Positions 54,347 through 64,000 of a stretch of 64,000 bases of DNA are shown piece after piece (within the stretch, counting starts at the first letter, position 1; each line of letters begins with the position of its first letter). Source of the DNA: a virus; IMG/VR virus record IMGVR_UViG_3300029788_000344, one strand, 5' to 3'. The translations under genes and the position numbers were made by a program. The notes beneath the pieces were generated by a model that saw only the letters and a program-made list of their open reading frames with translations, made no database searches and was not told where the DNA came from.

Positions 54347-57300
54347 TTATCCCTTGAGGATATTGATTCCGAGCAGAGGGTCTTTATCAATAAGCTCATC
54401 AAGGTATTTTTGTGCTTGTTCCGCAGTGAGCTTTCTGACTCGCTCTTTCGCCTGGGAACGATATTTTAACTGATAGCGCTCTGTGGCGAACTGGCGAATC
54501 TTCGATTTACAGCTATTCGCTTTAGCATACCAGTCATAAACTTTTGTCCCAGTTGCAGCGCGAATCTGATCTCTCAACTCATCGGCGGAGGTAATGACAT
54601 ATGCATACTCGCCAGCAAAGAAGTCTATAAATCTCTTAACACAGATGTCAGTGTTTTTCAGTATGCCAAGCTTTCCACTCTGCAGGAAATCAATGGCATC
54701 ATCAATATCCTTTTCTGTCGGCAAATACGATGTTCTATTCAAGGCATCGAAAATCTTCTGCGCGGTAAGAATATCCTCAGTGAACAGGCAGAGTACCGGA
54801 ATACCGTTTTTCTGAGACCAATCTGCCGGACTGGTGCTGTTCGTAGCCTTCTCCCATGCATCGTACATCTTCCGTGTCTTCTTTGACTTACGGAAGTTGG
54901 TTAGTTCATGCTGCATGGTAGTAGTGAACTTATCTGTCGCTTCGTAAAGAGTCCCAGAGGGCACTTTGTTAAACAGATACTCATACTCATCGGCAGAGAT
55001 AGTTGTGTGCAATGCGCGATCAAGAGCTTTACAGAATACTTCGTACTGATTATTAAAGAACTCAACAAAATCATCTGCCAAATTAGCGATTGTTGACGCA
55101 GTTTCGGCTTTGTTAAACTGAGCGTTGTCCTTAATTAAGCTAAACTGATCAACAATTGTTATAAGCTCAGGTCTCAGTTCCTTAAGCAATGCATAAGGAA
55201 CCTTAACAATGTTAAGTTTTTCGATGAGTGCCTTTCTTGCTTCGACATATGTTTTTTGTTTAGTAGTGAGAACTCGGTTGATGTCATAAATAAGCTTCAG
55301 ATCAATGTACAGATTATCAATCTGGCGGTTAGTATCTCCAAGTTCCCAAAGGTAGGAAGAATCATTCGAGAGCTTAGAATTTAACAATTCCAGATATTCC
55401 TTGGCATCAACCTTCAGATTGCTGGCAATTTGAATCAATTCAGGCTTGTACTGAGCAATGTAATAATTCATGCCAGCTCTCATATTCTCGGCGCTAAGAA
55501 TATCTCTAAACACCTCATCAATGGCGTTATACTGCTGATACAGCTTATAAATATCTTCAACAACCTTTGAGCGTTCGCGGTCAATCTTTGATTCAGGCTT
55601 AATGAATTCGCAGAGGAGTGATGTGAGCTGTACCATAGCGTCACAATACTCATGGTCATACAGTTCTTCTTCAATGAAGTAACGTACGGCCCACATCGGG
55701 TACTTGTTATTTGTCAGGTAGATGTTGATATTTTTGGCAATATCATCGACAGAATTGCGTTTCTCCTTCGCAATCTTAAAAATCTCACCCGTGATCTGAC
55801 AGAATTTCATCTGCTCGGAGGTTTGCCTAACAATAAACTGTCCCTGAGCTTTGGGAAGATTCTTTATGACACCGAAGATAAGTTCACTAAGGTCAATGTA
55901 GTTAAGGGACACCGTATTATTGTTCGTGTCTCGTTTGTAATAGGTGCTATCAGCGTACTCTCCAAGAAGGAAGCCAAGAAGAAACACAGAACCGGTATTC
56001 GGAAGGAGGCCAAAAGGAGGTTTTCTGAGTTCTTTCCAAATATCCGTGACACTTACCATTGTGCTCTTTTCAAAGCTCTGCTCAATGATTTCATTAATTG
56101 CAATTTTCATCTTTGAAACAGGATGCGACGGTTTGACTTCCCAATACTTCGAAGTACTCCAAATTCCATCCATTTGCAGTTTTGCTGAGATGTTTCTGAC
56201 ATATGAATAGTTGTTAGGAACATCTATCTTGCCCATTGCCATTTGAGCAACAGTCTCTTTGAAGCCGGTTTCAGCAAAGAGCTTATCATTTTGCGTGATT
56301 TCTTCAAGTCCAGCGCCAAAGAACTCGCCGTTAATCTCTTTGAATTCCTTTCTTAAATTGGCGCCACCAGTTTTCTGAACAGACTTATTAGGTGCAGAGT
56401 AAATGTACAAAGATGTTGTAATCAATTTTCTTGTCCATTCATTAAGGACTTCCTGAGAAGTTTTCTTTGCAAGCTCAAGCTGGGATTTCTGATTGGGGAT
56501 TGTAGAAAAATACTTTTCTTTTGCTTTGCTCTCAATGAATTTTGAAAACAACGCGTCAGTAAACGGCAAAGAGCTAAAGTCAACTACGATACAGCGCTCT
56601 CCAACTTTATCAAAAATCGCTGTAACGGTGTCTTTAATCTTACCTTGGTCGGCTTCATTCTTTGCAAACAAGAAAAATGTCGGAATATGATTTTCGGACT
56701 TATCAACCTTCTCTGCCTCTTGCTTTGCATTTGCAGGTGACACATTGATAATCCGCATTCTCCACTTTAGGTAATCAGTTGGCATGAATTGCTTAGCAAC
56801 ATCATATGTGGAGTCGGCAACAAGTTTTTCAAAAGTGATTGCTTTACGCGTTTCATCAATAATCTGATTCATACGCTCGGTATCAATAGCAGCAGAAGTC
56901 ATGACGAAGAGAACTTCTTTTGCGCTTTCAATCTTACCAACGATACCCTTTGAAGCAAAATAATTCAGATCCTGCTCAACAGTAGATTCCTGCGGCGTCC
57001 CGGCAAAGCAGGCTTTGATGTTCACTAAGGTTGGACGCATCAATGATGTTGCACCAGTTCTTGCCTCTGCGCCGTTCTTTGCTTGCAAGGCAGCAAGTAG
57101 CAAAGTCACCTTCAACACTCTACGTCTGCGATCACCAAGTTGCTTGTTGGTAGGATCGTCGCAAAGCGGTGCAAAGTTGTTGTAGTGACTAATCGTTTGA
57201 ATAAAAGCTGCATCAAGATCGATGTTGCTGGTTTTGAAGAAGTAATCCCACAGGTAATCTGCCGTCAAATAGTTCCATTTACCATACTCAAACGCAAAGT

Positions 57301-58561
57301 GTTCAATAAACCACTTGAAGTTGGTTTTGTCCTCATCTCCGGAGTAGTCTCCACTGAGGAACTGAAAAATGGTTCGCTGATTGGAGCTAATGTCCTTTGC
57401 AATAAACTTCAACAGATATGCTGCATAAGGATGCATCGGCAGGAGGGCTCTAAAGTCATCGTCTTGAATATTATAATCCTTATTCTTGATGACATCCACG
57501 CTGCCACGCTTAACGCCGTCCCATAACTGTTCGCTGGTATGCTTCCACTCATCAGCAAGGTCGACTTCGTGTCTTAATGCTTGTCCAAGAAGTTTGAAGG
57601 CAGTGCTCTCTTCCAATTCTATGGTATCGAGCTTAAAACGCGCCTCAATAATAGACTTGGAGCCCTTGTCCTGGATGAGTTGTCCAGCAGAACTATGAGT
57701 AATCAAGAATAGATAACAACTGATGCGCGAAGATGCCTGCGCAATCTCCTGAAGGCCAGTAATGTTGTTCTGATTATTCTTAAAATACTCTGTGAATTCA
57801 TCCCAAATAAAGACGATTGAAGAAAGATTGTTGCCTTTGCGCACGTCCTCCAACCAGTCAACAATATCCTCAGAAGACATAGACCAATTGAAACCTTCAA
57901 GCGCTGCGACCTCAATGATCGTATCGAGAAGGCTCAGTTTATCTTCAAGATCCAGTTCCTCTAAGTCTTTGATAATGCTATCTACCGAGCTATACTCAGT
58001 GAACTTGCCACGGTATTTGTTAAATACCCCCTGGAAGTTAAAAGCCGATGTCTCTGGATGCTTCAGAATCGTCAGCACCTTATCAGAAAGGCTTTCTGCT
58101 CCAGTGTATGTAAGTCCAGCATCTGACACTGCTCTTCGCACAGATTCTACAATCGCATTAAAGAGCTTATCCTGTGTGTTAATGCCAGCCGACGCACTAC
58201 GCTGAACAACCAGAATTCTCCCCTTTGCTCTAATCCCCTTAACTCGTGCCAGTAAAGTCTCCATACCATTCTGAATGAAATACGGGGTGATAGAGTCGAT
58301 GCTATCTTCAAGGATATGTTTTATGACGAATGAAGCATAGGTTTTACCCGTACCATAGGCACCACTCATCCAAATGCTTCGATCTTTTGTTTCATTGCTC
58401 TTTTCCAGTGTCTCAACAACATCTTTGAGAATGTTCTTGAAGCTGGTGTGGGGATAAAACGACTGCCATTTGTCGGGATAGATTCTATCACTATTCCGGC
58501 TAAATACCGGGATGAAATTAGGGTCAACCTTTATGTATTCGTTATACAATCTTACCGCCAT
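54347..58561 (-). CDS. brxC: BrxC/PglY (BREX P-loop ATPase, 1404 aa)
   Basis: The N-terminal Walker A reads WMSGAYGTGKTYASFV. The large size and its position between brxP and pglZ support the call. Confidence 0.8.
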   Translation of the reverse strand: MAVRLYNEYIKVDPNFIPVFSRNSDRIYPDKWQSFYPHTSFKNILKDVVETLEKSNETKDRSIWMSGAYGTGKTYASFVIKHILEDSIDSITPYFIQNGMETLLARVKGIRAKGRILVVQRSASAGINTQDKLFNAIVESVRRAVSDAGLTYTGAESLSDKVLTILKHPETSAFNFQGVFNKYRGKFTEYSSVDSIIKDLEELDLEDKLSLLDTIIEVAALEGFNWSMSSEDIVDWLEDVRKGNNLSSIVFIWDEFTEYFKNNQNNITGLQEIAQASSRISCYLFLITHSSAGQLIQDKGSKSIIEARFKLDTIELEESTAFKLLGQALRHEVDLADEWKHTSEQLWDGVKRGSVDVIKNKDYNIQDDDFRALLPMHPYAAYLLKFIAKDISSNQRTIFQFLSGDYSGDEDKTNFKWFIEHFAFEYGKWNYLTADYLWDYFFKTSNIDLDAAFIQTISHYNNFAPLCDDPTNKQLGDRRRRVLKVTLLLAALQAKNGAEARTGATSLMRPTLVNIKACFAGTPQESTVEQDLNYFASKGIVGKIESAKEVLFVMTSAAIDTERMNQIIDETRKAITFEKLVADSTYDVAKQFMPTDYLKWRMRIINVSPANAKQEAEKVDKSENHIPTFFLFAKNEADQGKIKDTVTAIFDKVGERCIVVDFSSLPFTDALFSKFIESKAKEKYFSTIPNQKSQLELAKKTSQEVLNEWTRKLITTSLYIYSAPNKSVQKTGGANLRKEFKEINGEFFGAGLEEITQNDKLFAETGFKETVAQMAMGKIDVPNNYSYVRNISAKLQMDGIWSTSKYWEVKPSHPVSKMKIAINEIIEQSFEKSTMVSVTDIWKELRKPPFGLLPNTGSVFLLGFLLGEYADSTYYKRDTNNNTVSLNYIDLSELIFGVIKNLPKAQGQFIVRQTSEQMKFCQITGEIFKIAKEKRNSVDDIAKNINIYLTNNKYPMWAVRYFIEEELYDHEYCDAMVQLTSLLCEFIKPESKIDRERSKVVEDIYKLYQQYNAIDEVFRDILSAENMRAGMNYYIAQYKPELIQIASNLKVDAKEYLELLNSKLSNDSSYLWELGDTNRQIDNLYIDLKLIYDINRVLTTKQKTYVEARKALIEKLNIVKVPYALLKELRPELITIVDQFSLIKDNAQFNKAETASTIANLADDFVEFFNNQYEVFCKALDRALHTTISADEYEYLFNKVPSGTLYEATDKFTTTMQHELTNFRKSKKTRKMYDAWEKATNSTSPADWSQKNGIPVLCLFTEDILTAQKIFDALNRTSYLPTEKDIDDAIDFLQSGKLGILKNTDICVKRFIDFFAGEYAYVITSADELRDQIRAATGTKVYDWYAKANSCKSKIRQFATERYQLKYRSQAKERVRKLTAEQAQKYLDELIDKDPLLGINILKG

Positions 58562-58574
58562 TGTCTTATCCTCC

Positions 58575-60923
58575 TCAAATCAGCGAGAGCACATCAATCG
58601 CCTTTTTACCGTTTTTACCGGCAGGCAAATCAATGTTTTCCATGATGCCTTTATTGAAGTCTACTTGAATAAAGCTGCTGTAGTTATTTGCAAGGCCCTG
58701 AAGAATCGGCTTTAGTGTTTCGCGTTCAATACCGAAAATAGCACGAGGGCTCAATCCTGCTCTCTCTTCGTTATCTTCGAGCAGATCAGAAAGAGTAAAG
58801 CTGTACATACCTTCCATTCTTTCTGCAAATTTATAAAGGGAATAAAGGATCACAATTGGTTCCACATCATACCAACTACCCTTCGTGATTGTTGCTACCG
58901 TTTTACCCTTAACTTCGCATTCTCCCTGCAATAAAAGCCAACCTATAGGGGATAGTCTAAGTGTCTCCTTCAAAGAGCTAAGAGCATTCTTCTTTACAGT
59001 TGCCGAGTATTCTTCACCGAGTAAGATAGGGAGATCATCCGCAAAATACGTCCTTCCCACTTCAATTTTCTTTGCATACCAATTGATAATTGGAGATTCA
59101 TAGCAGAGATTTGTGTAAATCACGCCCCAAGTGATTGGCGAGTCACTTCCTAACAATTGTAATTTTTCACCAAGTGGAGTAAGCGCATTATTCTCAGTAA
59201 TTTCAGCTTCTTTGAGCCATGTTTTGAAGCCAACAATCATATACTTTCCCATTCTCTCATTGGCCCAAAAATCATCCAACAGCTCAAAATATAACTCAAG
59301 CCATTCCTGTCTGAACCCAAAGTTCTGATATCTACTGATATTCTTTATGCTCATGTTATTTCCGCCTCCTGTAATGCCAAGTGATCTCGCTGCAATACAT
59401 CCTTTATTGGAATCTAAACAATGCTCACAATGCCTACAGCCATCAATAACTATATCATCATGGGTGATGTTTAGCGCCCCAAACGCACATTCTGCCATAC
59501 ATTCTCCACAGTTTACACAATAGGCAGCTTTATTAAGGGCATTTTTGAATAGATACATAAATCTGACGGATAACGGCGATCTAATCAGTGCAGGAAGAGT
59601 AAGAATAGTGGCTCTTTTATCGGTTGAAACAGTGAAGTCCATGTTTATATCTTTGTATCTTATGGAATACTTATTATCCCCTATTTGAATGACAGGGCCA
59701 ACCGTTGCCATCCATTTATCCCATTTATAGTTACCCTCAGTAATAATAAGTTTAACCGAGTCTTTTGCCTTAATCTCAGTAATCTTGTTGCCGCCAAACG
59801 AGAGTTCTTTCCCGCCAATTCTGGACTTCCAGCCACCTGACTGAAGATACTTTTTCTTCTCTTCATCCGATGAGAATGATTTTGTGATGCTTGTCGATAC
59901 AATGTCCAGAAGCGGTTTAACCTCTTCAGGAAAAATATGATTTAGTACACATTCATACCATTCGGAAGCCATCGGACAGAGTTTGCAACCAACTCTGTAT
60001 GCACCATAGCGATAGAGCTTATTAAACAAAAGTCCATATTTGAAAATGTAAAGGAACAATTCACAAGAGCTCCATTCTAATATGGGGCTACAATTAAACT
60101 GAACTGCGTGTTTGTTTCCATCAGAAATCATTGTATAAGTGGAACGCGCATCACTTTCCTCTGCACGAACTCCATCAAATACCATGACCTTAAATGGACG
60201 CTGTGCCTCTGGATATTTTGTCTTGTATATTTCTTTAAGTTTTGCAATAGACGGCGCTGTCTTATGCACGCTACAACACCAGCGAAGCTTTCTTGCCGGG
60301 AATCCTATTCTTCTCCATGATTCTTCTGCTTCGAACTCCGCTCTCGCTTCATACCACTCAAGGGAAGGCCAATGAGCCTTGGCCTCAGAAAGCGCCTGAT
60401 AGGTGGTTTTCAATTCCATAGTCGTATCGCCAAAAACCACTACAAAACCGTCATGAGGAAGCGCTCTTTGCACTATGTCTAACATGACAATCGAATCTTT
60501 GCCTCCGCTGTATGCCACATAGAACATACTAACTCTACTCTTATAATCCAAATAGGCTTTGTAAGTTGTTTTTAGTGTTTTTTGAACCAATCCATCCATG
60601 ACACTCTCATTTTTAGAAAGCATCATTTCTATATCTACTGGTGTAATACGCAAATCTTTGATAACATTTTTTAACGTAGGCATTTCATATAAGCCACCGC
60701 CAGATGCCTCGCAAACAAGTTCCCCCTTGTAGAAATATCTACGTGCTTCTGCCCACATCAGAGGTCCTTCACAATCAGGAAAGTCCCAACCATAGTCTCG
60801 ATCAAGCCCAAGAAATCGCAACTCTTCAGAAAAGACAGGTCTGACTTCTTTGGTGACCCCGGTAATTTTAGAAGGCAAAAGAATATATCCACCAGTTTCT
60901 ATATCCCATTCGTAGTTATACAT
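58575..60923 (-). CDS. brxP: BrxP (PAPS-reductase / DndC-like PP-loop ATP pyrophosphatase domain protein; BREX type 4 hallmark)
   Basis: The PP-loop SGGKDS sits in the context YVAYSGGKDSIVMLDIV. The downstream Cys clusters are CVNCGECMAECA and CRHCEHC. The length is 782 aa. Confidence 0.75.
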   Translation of the reverse strand: MYNYEWDIETGGYILLPSKITGVTKEVRPVFSEELRFLGLDRDYGWDFPDCEGPLMWAEARRYFYKGELVCEASGGGLYEMPTLKNVIKDLRITPVDIEMMLSKNESVMDGLVQKTLKTTYKAYLDYKSRVSMFYVAYSGGKDSIVMLDIVQRALPHDGFVVVFGDTTMELKTTYQALSEAKAHWPSLEWYEARAEFEAEESWRRIGFPARKLRWCCSVHKTAPSIAKLKEIYKTKYPEAQRPFKVMVFDGVRAEESDARSTYTMISDGNKHAVQFNCSPILEWSSCELFLYIFKYGLLFNKLYRYGAYRVGCKLCPMASEWYECVLNHIFPEEVKPLLDIVSTSITKSFSSDEEKKKYLQSGGWKSRIGGKELSFGGNKITEIKAKDSVKLIITEGNYKWDKWMATVGPVIQIGDNKYSIRYKDINMDFTVSTDKRATILTLPALIRSPLSVRFMYLFKNALNKAAYCVNCGECMAECAFGALNITHDDIVIDGCRHCEHCLDSNKGCIAARSLGITGGGNNMSIKNISRYQNFGFRQEWLELYFELLDDFWANERMGKYMIVGFKTWLKEAEITENNALTPLGEKLQLLGSDSPITWGVIYTNLCYESPIINWYAKKIEVGRTYFADDLPILLGEEYSATVKKNALSSLKETLRLSPIGWLLLQGECEVKGKTVATITKGSWYDVEPIVILYSLYKFAERMEGMYSFTLSDLLEDNEERAGLSPRAIFGIERETLKPILQGLANNYSSFIQVDFNKGIMENIDLPAGKNGKKAIDVLSLI

Positions 60924-60983
60924 AATTGTTTCCTCACCTTTAGCGGGCGCTATGAGTTGTCAGCACCACGCCGTTTGTTATGG

Positions 60984-63815
60984 TTACTCTCCAGTGCAAT
61001 GAACACCAGTTTCGTTGACATAGAAGTATTTTGCACTTTCGAGGAAATTGGGGAGTTTGGCCTCAATCATTCCTTCTTCGCGCAGCCAATCTCTCATCTC
61101 AACCTTCGATGTGAAAGATCCTTTATGGACTTCTTCTGTCAGTATCTTTATCAGGAATGAGTCAAATGTATCCTTGCCGAATTCCTCTGCAACATAAATA
61201 GCGTTCGGATGCTGCAATGGGTCACCAAACATATATACCACATTGATTTTCTTGCTCTGTACAATAAGGTTCTCAAGGAGGAATTCGGTCCAATCAATAT
61301 CTATCTGCGGATACCACAAAAAATCGTTAACTTTCGAACCAACAATATATCCATTTACTTCGAGAAGATCACGTATAATGCTATTCGCCCGCTCTATCAC
61401 TTCATCTGTAATTCCGGTAAGCTCACGACGCATCAGAGTGGTTCGATTAACTCGGATGAAGTCCGGTGCAATCATCTGACATAAATATGCCGGAGCAACA
61501 TAGTGGATACCATTCTCATCGCAAATGTCAATCAGTTCCTCTATCTCAATGCTGTCATAGTCCTCGATATGCTGCAGAATAACGCTTCGATTCGAAATAT
61601 CGTTGACTCCGAGTTTTGCAATATAGGGGCGAGAAAAACTAAACTCTTCTCTGAACATATAGTTCAAAGCAGCAAAGAGTTTATTGCGATCCTCAAAGTC
61701 ATTGCGATACATGAATTCTGGGAATTGTTCAGCAACAGCGTCATAAACAGATCTGATATTAACCGGAATTTCTTTACACGCCTCGCTTAAATAGCCGCGA
61801 AGCATTTCATAATCTTCCGGCTGAATATCAAACTGCTCTGCGTGGATATAATAGCCATTGTCAATATTGAATACATTTGCGCTCCTGGACACGACTTGGC
61901 CAAGCCCCGCCTCTCCAAGCGATGTAAATTCCGCGAAAATCTCTGACTTATGTACGATGCCACGGTCTGAAACAAATGATTCGAGTTCATCCACAAAAGT
62001 TACCGATTTGGTTTTGCGAACAAAATCTCTGCCCGTACTAAATCTACACCCATACTTCTTCAATGCTCCTTGAAGGAGAAATCTGTTTGTAATCTGTGTG
62101 CCATCAAACTTTTCTTTTAGCGCATCAAAGAGTTCGCCATACGGAATGAGTGAACGCGGGGACGCCTCAATATAATCGTTTATGGTATCGATAACGCTTG
62201 GGTCCACAACCAAATAATCTGGGTGGATATACTTTCCACGGTCGCAAAGTACACCAAGTCTACCGACATCAGCATCTATAGCTCTCGTAGTAATAGATTT
62301 TGCACATGTCCCGAAGAGTTCAACCATGTACTGCCTAAACCGATCTGCTTCAAAGTCATCTGCAATTTTAAAGCCTGCCTGAAAGCGGTTTTTCAGAACA
62401 TACTCACACATAAACACAACCGTAAGACGACCTCTATGCAGGAAATTTTCTGATTGCTGATAAATGCTATCAAAGACGCTATTCAATGCCTCTTTGGGAA
62501 TTGAATTTTTTTCTGCCAGTTCTGCAATAGTGCTTTCCTTCTCTGAAGCTAGCATCACATCAGGTAGTGTTGTAAGAAGGGCATCTATCGTCGAAAGTAG
62601 AGCGGCCTCGCTCATATTTTCAGCATCATCCGTCTTAACTACGATAGCATCCAAAGTCTTAGAGTAGTAATAATACTCATGCTCTTGATTATGCTTTATG
62701 CAAGCCCAAAGAACAGCTGCGAACTCGTCCCCCACCGTGTTCTTCAATTCATCAAAGTGCAGAACATTATCTCCATTCCGCAATGCATAGACGAGCATAA
62801 TGAGATCATATTTCTGCTTCTCATATACATTCCAGAAGGTCCTATGGACTTTGCTCTCTATTTGTCGAATGCGTTCGCGTGTTACGCCATACAGGGAACC
62901 TACTGCTTCAAGTGTTTCGCCTTTAGACCGAAGCGCAAATATCTCTATTGCTCTCTCGTTTCTTCCGGCGAGAATACTACGAATGTTCGCTGAGATAGAA
63001 GAAATAAGCGTGAAAACATCAAAGTTGAGCCATCCGAGAAACTTATTCGTATCAGATGTTAGCACAGCCATATTCTCTTCTTTTCTCAATTTCTCATAGA
63101 GAAGCGGAATATGCTCAACAGTCGTATCATCTGAACATTCAGACAAAAGGTATGACAGCTTTTCACCAGCCGTTGCAGAGTAAGCCCTGATAAACGGCAT
63201 TGCCTTTAGCTGACGCATGGAGTCTGGCAAATTCCCGATTTTTTGGACTGCTTCGTTCATAGCATTTCTATACTGAATATATGGTGTAGCGAACTCCATA
63301 AGGGCATTGCATATAGTGAGTACATATTCTGGGTTTAGATATGCCTCAAAACAAATATCTTCTCCCACAGTTTCTGAAGCATCTTTCAGTTTTTCAAAAT
63401 GCCCCATTTGATTGTCACTGAACCCATCTGTTGAGTACTCATCACCCATTAGCATAGCTTCAAGAGCACTCTTGAATGCAGGGTCAAGTTCTATCCGCTC
63501 ATGTTTTGGGGTGTGATTGGAAACATCTGAGATAGTTGCCACATCAAAATTTGCAGGATCAGACACATAATCCTTAACTTTTTGTACTATCTCGTTGACC
63601 GACTTCACGCCCATGTTTTTAATGGCTTTTAACTCGTCGGTGGTTCTGGCCAACACTTCAGCAATCGTCTTAATCTTTGCACTGTTTAAGCAGTTTGTCG
63701 GGCGAACACCTAAATTTAGCGCAATAATGCCTACATCTTCAAACCACGAAGGATTTACATCAAACAGGTATGCGAGTGTATATTCACTGTCATCAGAAAG
63801 CCCTGTTGAGTTCAA
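60984..63815 (-). CDS. Large hypothetical protein (943 aa) with an N-terminal RNA polymerase alpha-CTD-like HhH and an internal sigma-70 region 4-like HTH
   Basis: The N-terminal segment LNLGVRPTNCLNSAKIKTIAEVLARTTDELKAIKNMGVKSVNEIVQKV resembles the RpoA C-terminal domain. The internal segment RAIEIFALRSKGETLEAVGSLYGVTRERIRQIESKVHR resembles sigma region 4. It is co-directional and 60 bp upstream of brxP. Confidence 0.45.
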   Translation of the reverse strand: MNSTGLSDDSEYTLAYLFDVNPSWFEDVGIIALNLGVRPTNCLNSAKIKTIAEVLARTTDELKAIKNMGVKSVNEIVQKVKDYVSDPANFDVATISDVSNHTPKHERIELDPAFKSALEAMLMGDEYSTDGFSDNQMGHFEKLKDASETVGEDICFEAYLNPEYVLTICNALMEFATPYIQYRNAMNEAVQKIGNLPDSMRQLKAMPFIRAYSATAGEKLSYLLSECSDDTTVEHIPLLYEKLRKEENMAVLTSDTNKFLGWLNFDVFTLISSISANIRSILAGRNERAIEIFALRSKGETLEAVGSLYGVTRERIRQIESKVHRTFWNVYEKQKYDLIMLVYALRNGDNVLHFDELKNTVGDEFAAVLWACIKHNQEHEYYYYSKTLDAIVVKTDDAENMSEAALLSTIDALLTTLPDVMLASEKESTIAELAEKNSIPKEALNSVFDSIYQQSENFLHRGRLTVVFMCEYVLKNRFQAGFKIADDFEADRFRQYMVELFGTCAKSITTRAIDADVGRLGVLCDRGKYIHPDYLVVDPSVIDTINDYIEASPRSLIPYGELFDALKEKFDGTQITNRFLLQGALKKYGCRFSTGRDFVRKTKSVTFVDELESFVSDRGIVHKSEIFAEFTSLGEAGLGQVVSRSANVFNIDNGYYIHAEQFDIQPEDYEMLRGYLSEACKEIPVNIRSVYDAVAEQFPEFMYRNDFEDRNKLFAALNYMFREEFSFSRPYIAKLGVNDISNRSVILQHIEDYDSIEIEELIDICDENGIHYVAPAYLCQMIAPDFIRVNRTTLMRRELTGITDEVIERANSIIRDLLEVNGYIVGSKVNDFLWYPQIDIDWTEFLLENLIVQSKKINVVYMFGDPLQHPNAIYVAEEFGKDTFDSFLIKILTEEVHKGSFTSKVEMRDWLREEGMIEAKLPNFLESAKYFYVNETGVHCTGE

Positions 63816-64000
63816 AGCAGTAGTTTCAGTCCCAGTTGATGTAACTACAATTTCTTCTGTCGTTCTATCAGCCGTTTTATTCTCGGTATCATTTTTCCTG
63901 TCATAACACCTGGTCTCACCAAGAGCCGCTTCTATATTTTTTGGGGGCTGTTCATTCGGCTGTATCCATGAAGGAGATTCTGTTTTAGATGGCGTTGACT

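Overview
This 64-kb window is almost entirely accessory or mobile DNA with a Firmicutes/Clostridia-like gene repertoire (TnpV-like genes, a Tn916-style int/xis/sigma module, a YjzC-like protein). All calls rest on motif-level reading of the supplied six-frame translations; no database search was possible.

The window has six parts:

- **Defence island (about 1.0–12.7 kb, plus strand).** It contains an XRE regulator, a DUF262/DUF1524 GmrSD-like type IV restriction enzyme, a type I restriction-modification system whose methyltransferase is fused to a two-target-recognition-domain specificity subunit, a hypothetical zinc-ribbon protein, and a single-chain SIR2-APAZ-Argonaute (short pAgo, SPARSA-like). 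TnpV-like genes bracket it; one of them is a pseudogene with a single internal amber codon.
- **tRNA-Ser(CGA) at 14.8 kb.** Nested inverted repeats flank it, and a tyrosine integrase, excisionase, cysteine-rich protein and sigma-70-region-4 module lies immediately to its right. This is a typical ICE or prophage attachment end. A LexA-like S24 repressor with a palindromic operator follows.
- **Minus-strand gene cluster (20.2–37.8 kb), split into two operons by a terminator.** The larger operon encodes a complete ubiquitin-like conjugation set: a Ubl with a C-terminal extension, a ThiF-like E1, a UBC-like E2 and a JAB/JAMM peptidase. Alongside these are a transglutaminase-like peptidase, an SPFH-like zinc-ribbon protein, several zinc-ribbon membrane proteins, a SprT-like metalloprotease and a HerA/VirB4-like ATPase. 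The smaller operon encodes ClpP, a P-loop protein, a soluble VirD4-like ATPase with an L7/L12-like C-terminal domain, an M50-like protease and a membrane HExxH protease. This is the best candidate for a previously undescribed system.
- **38–40 kb.** An HD-domain pseudogene, a zinc-ribbon plus L7/L12-like small protein, and about 950 bp with no open reading frames.
- **40–47 kb.** A leucine-rich-repeat protein, a TPR protein, a second soluble VirD4-like paralogue and a large hypothetical protein.
- **48–64 kb.** A BREX type 4 locus (BrxP with a PAPS-reductase domain, BrxC, PglZ, BrxL-like). It is translationally coupled to a small CxxC protein and an IscS/DndA-like cysteine desulfurase, followed by a WYL regulator. 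A 943-aa protein with an RNA polymerase alpha-CTD-like domain and a sigma region 4 helix-turn-helix lies upstream.
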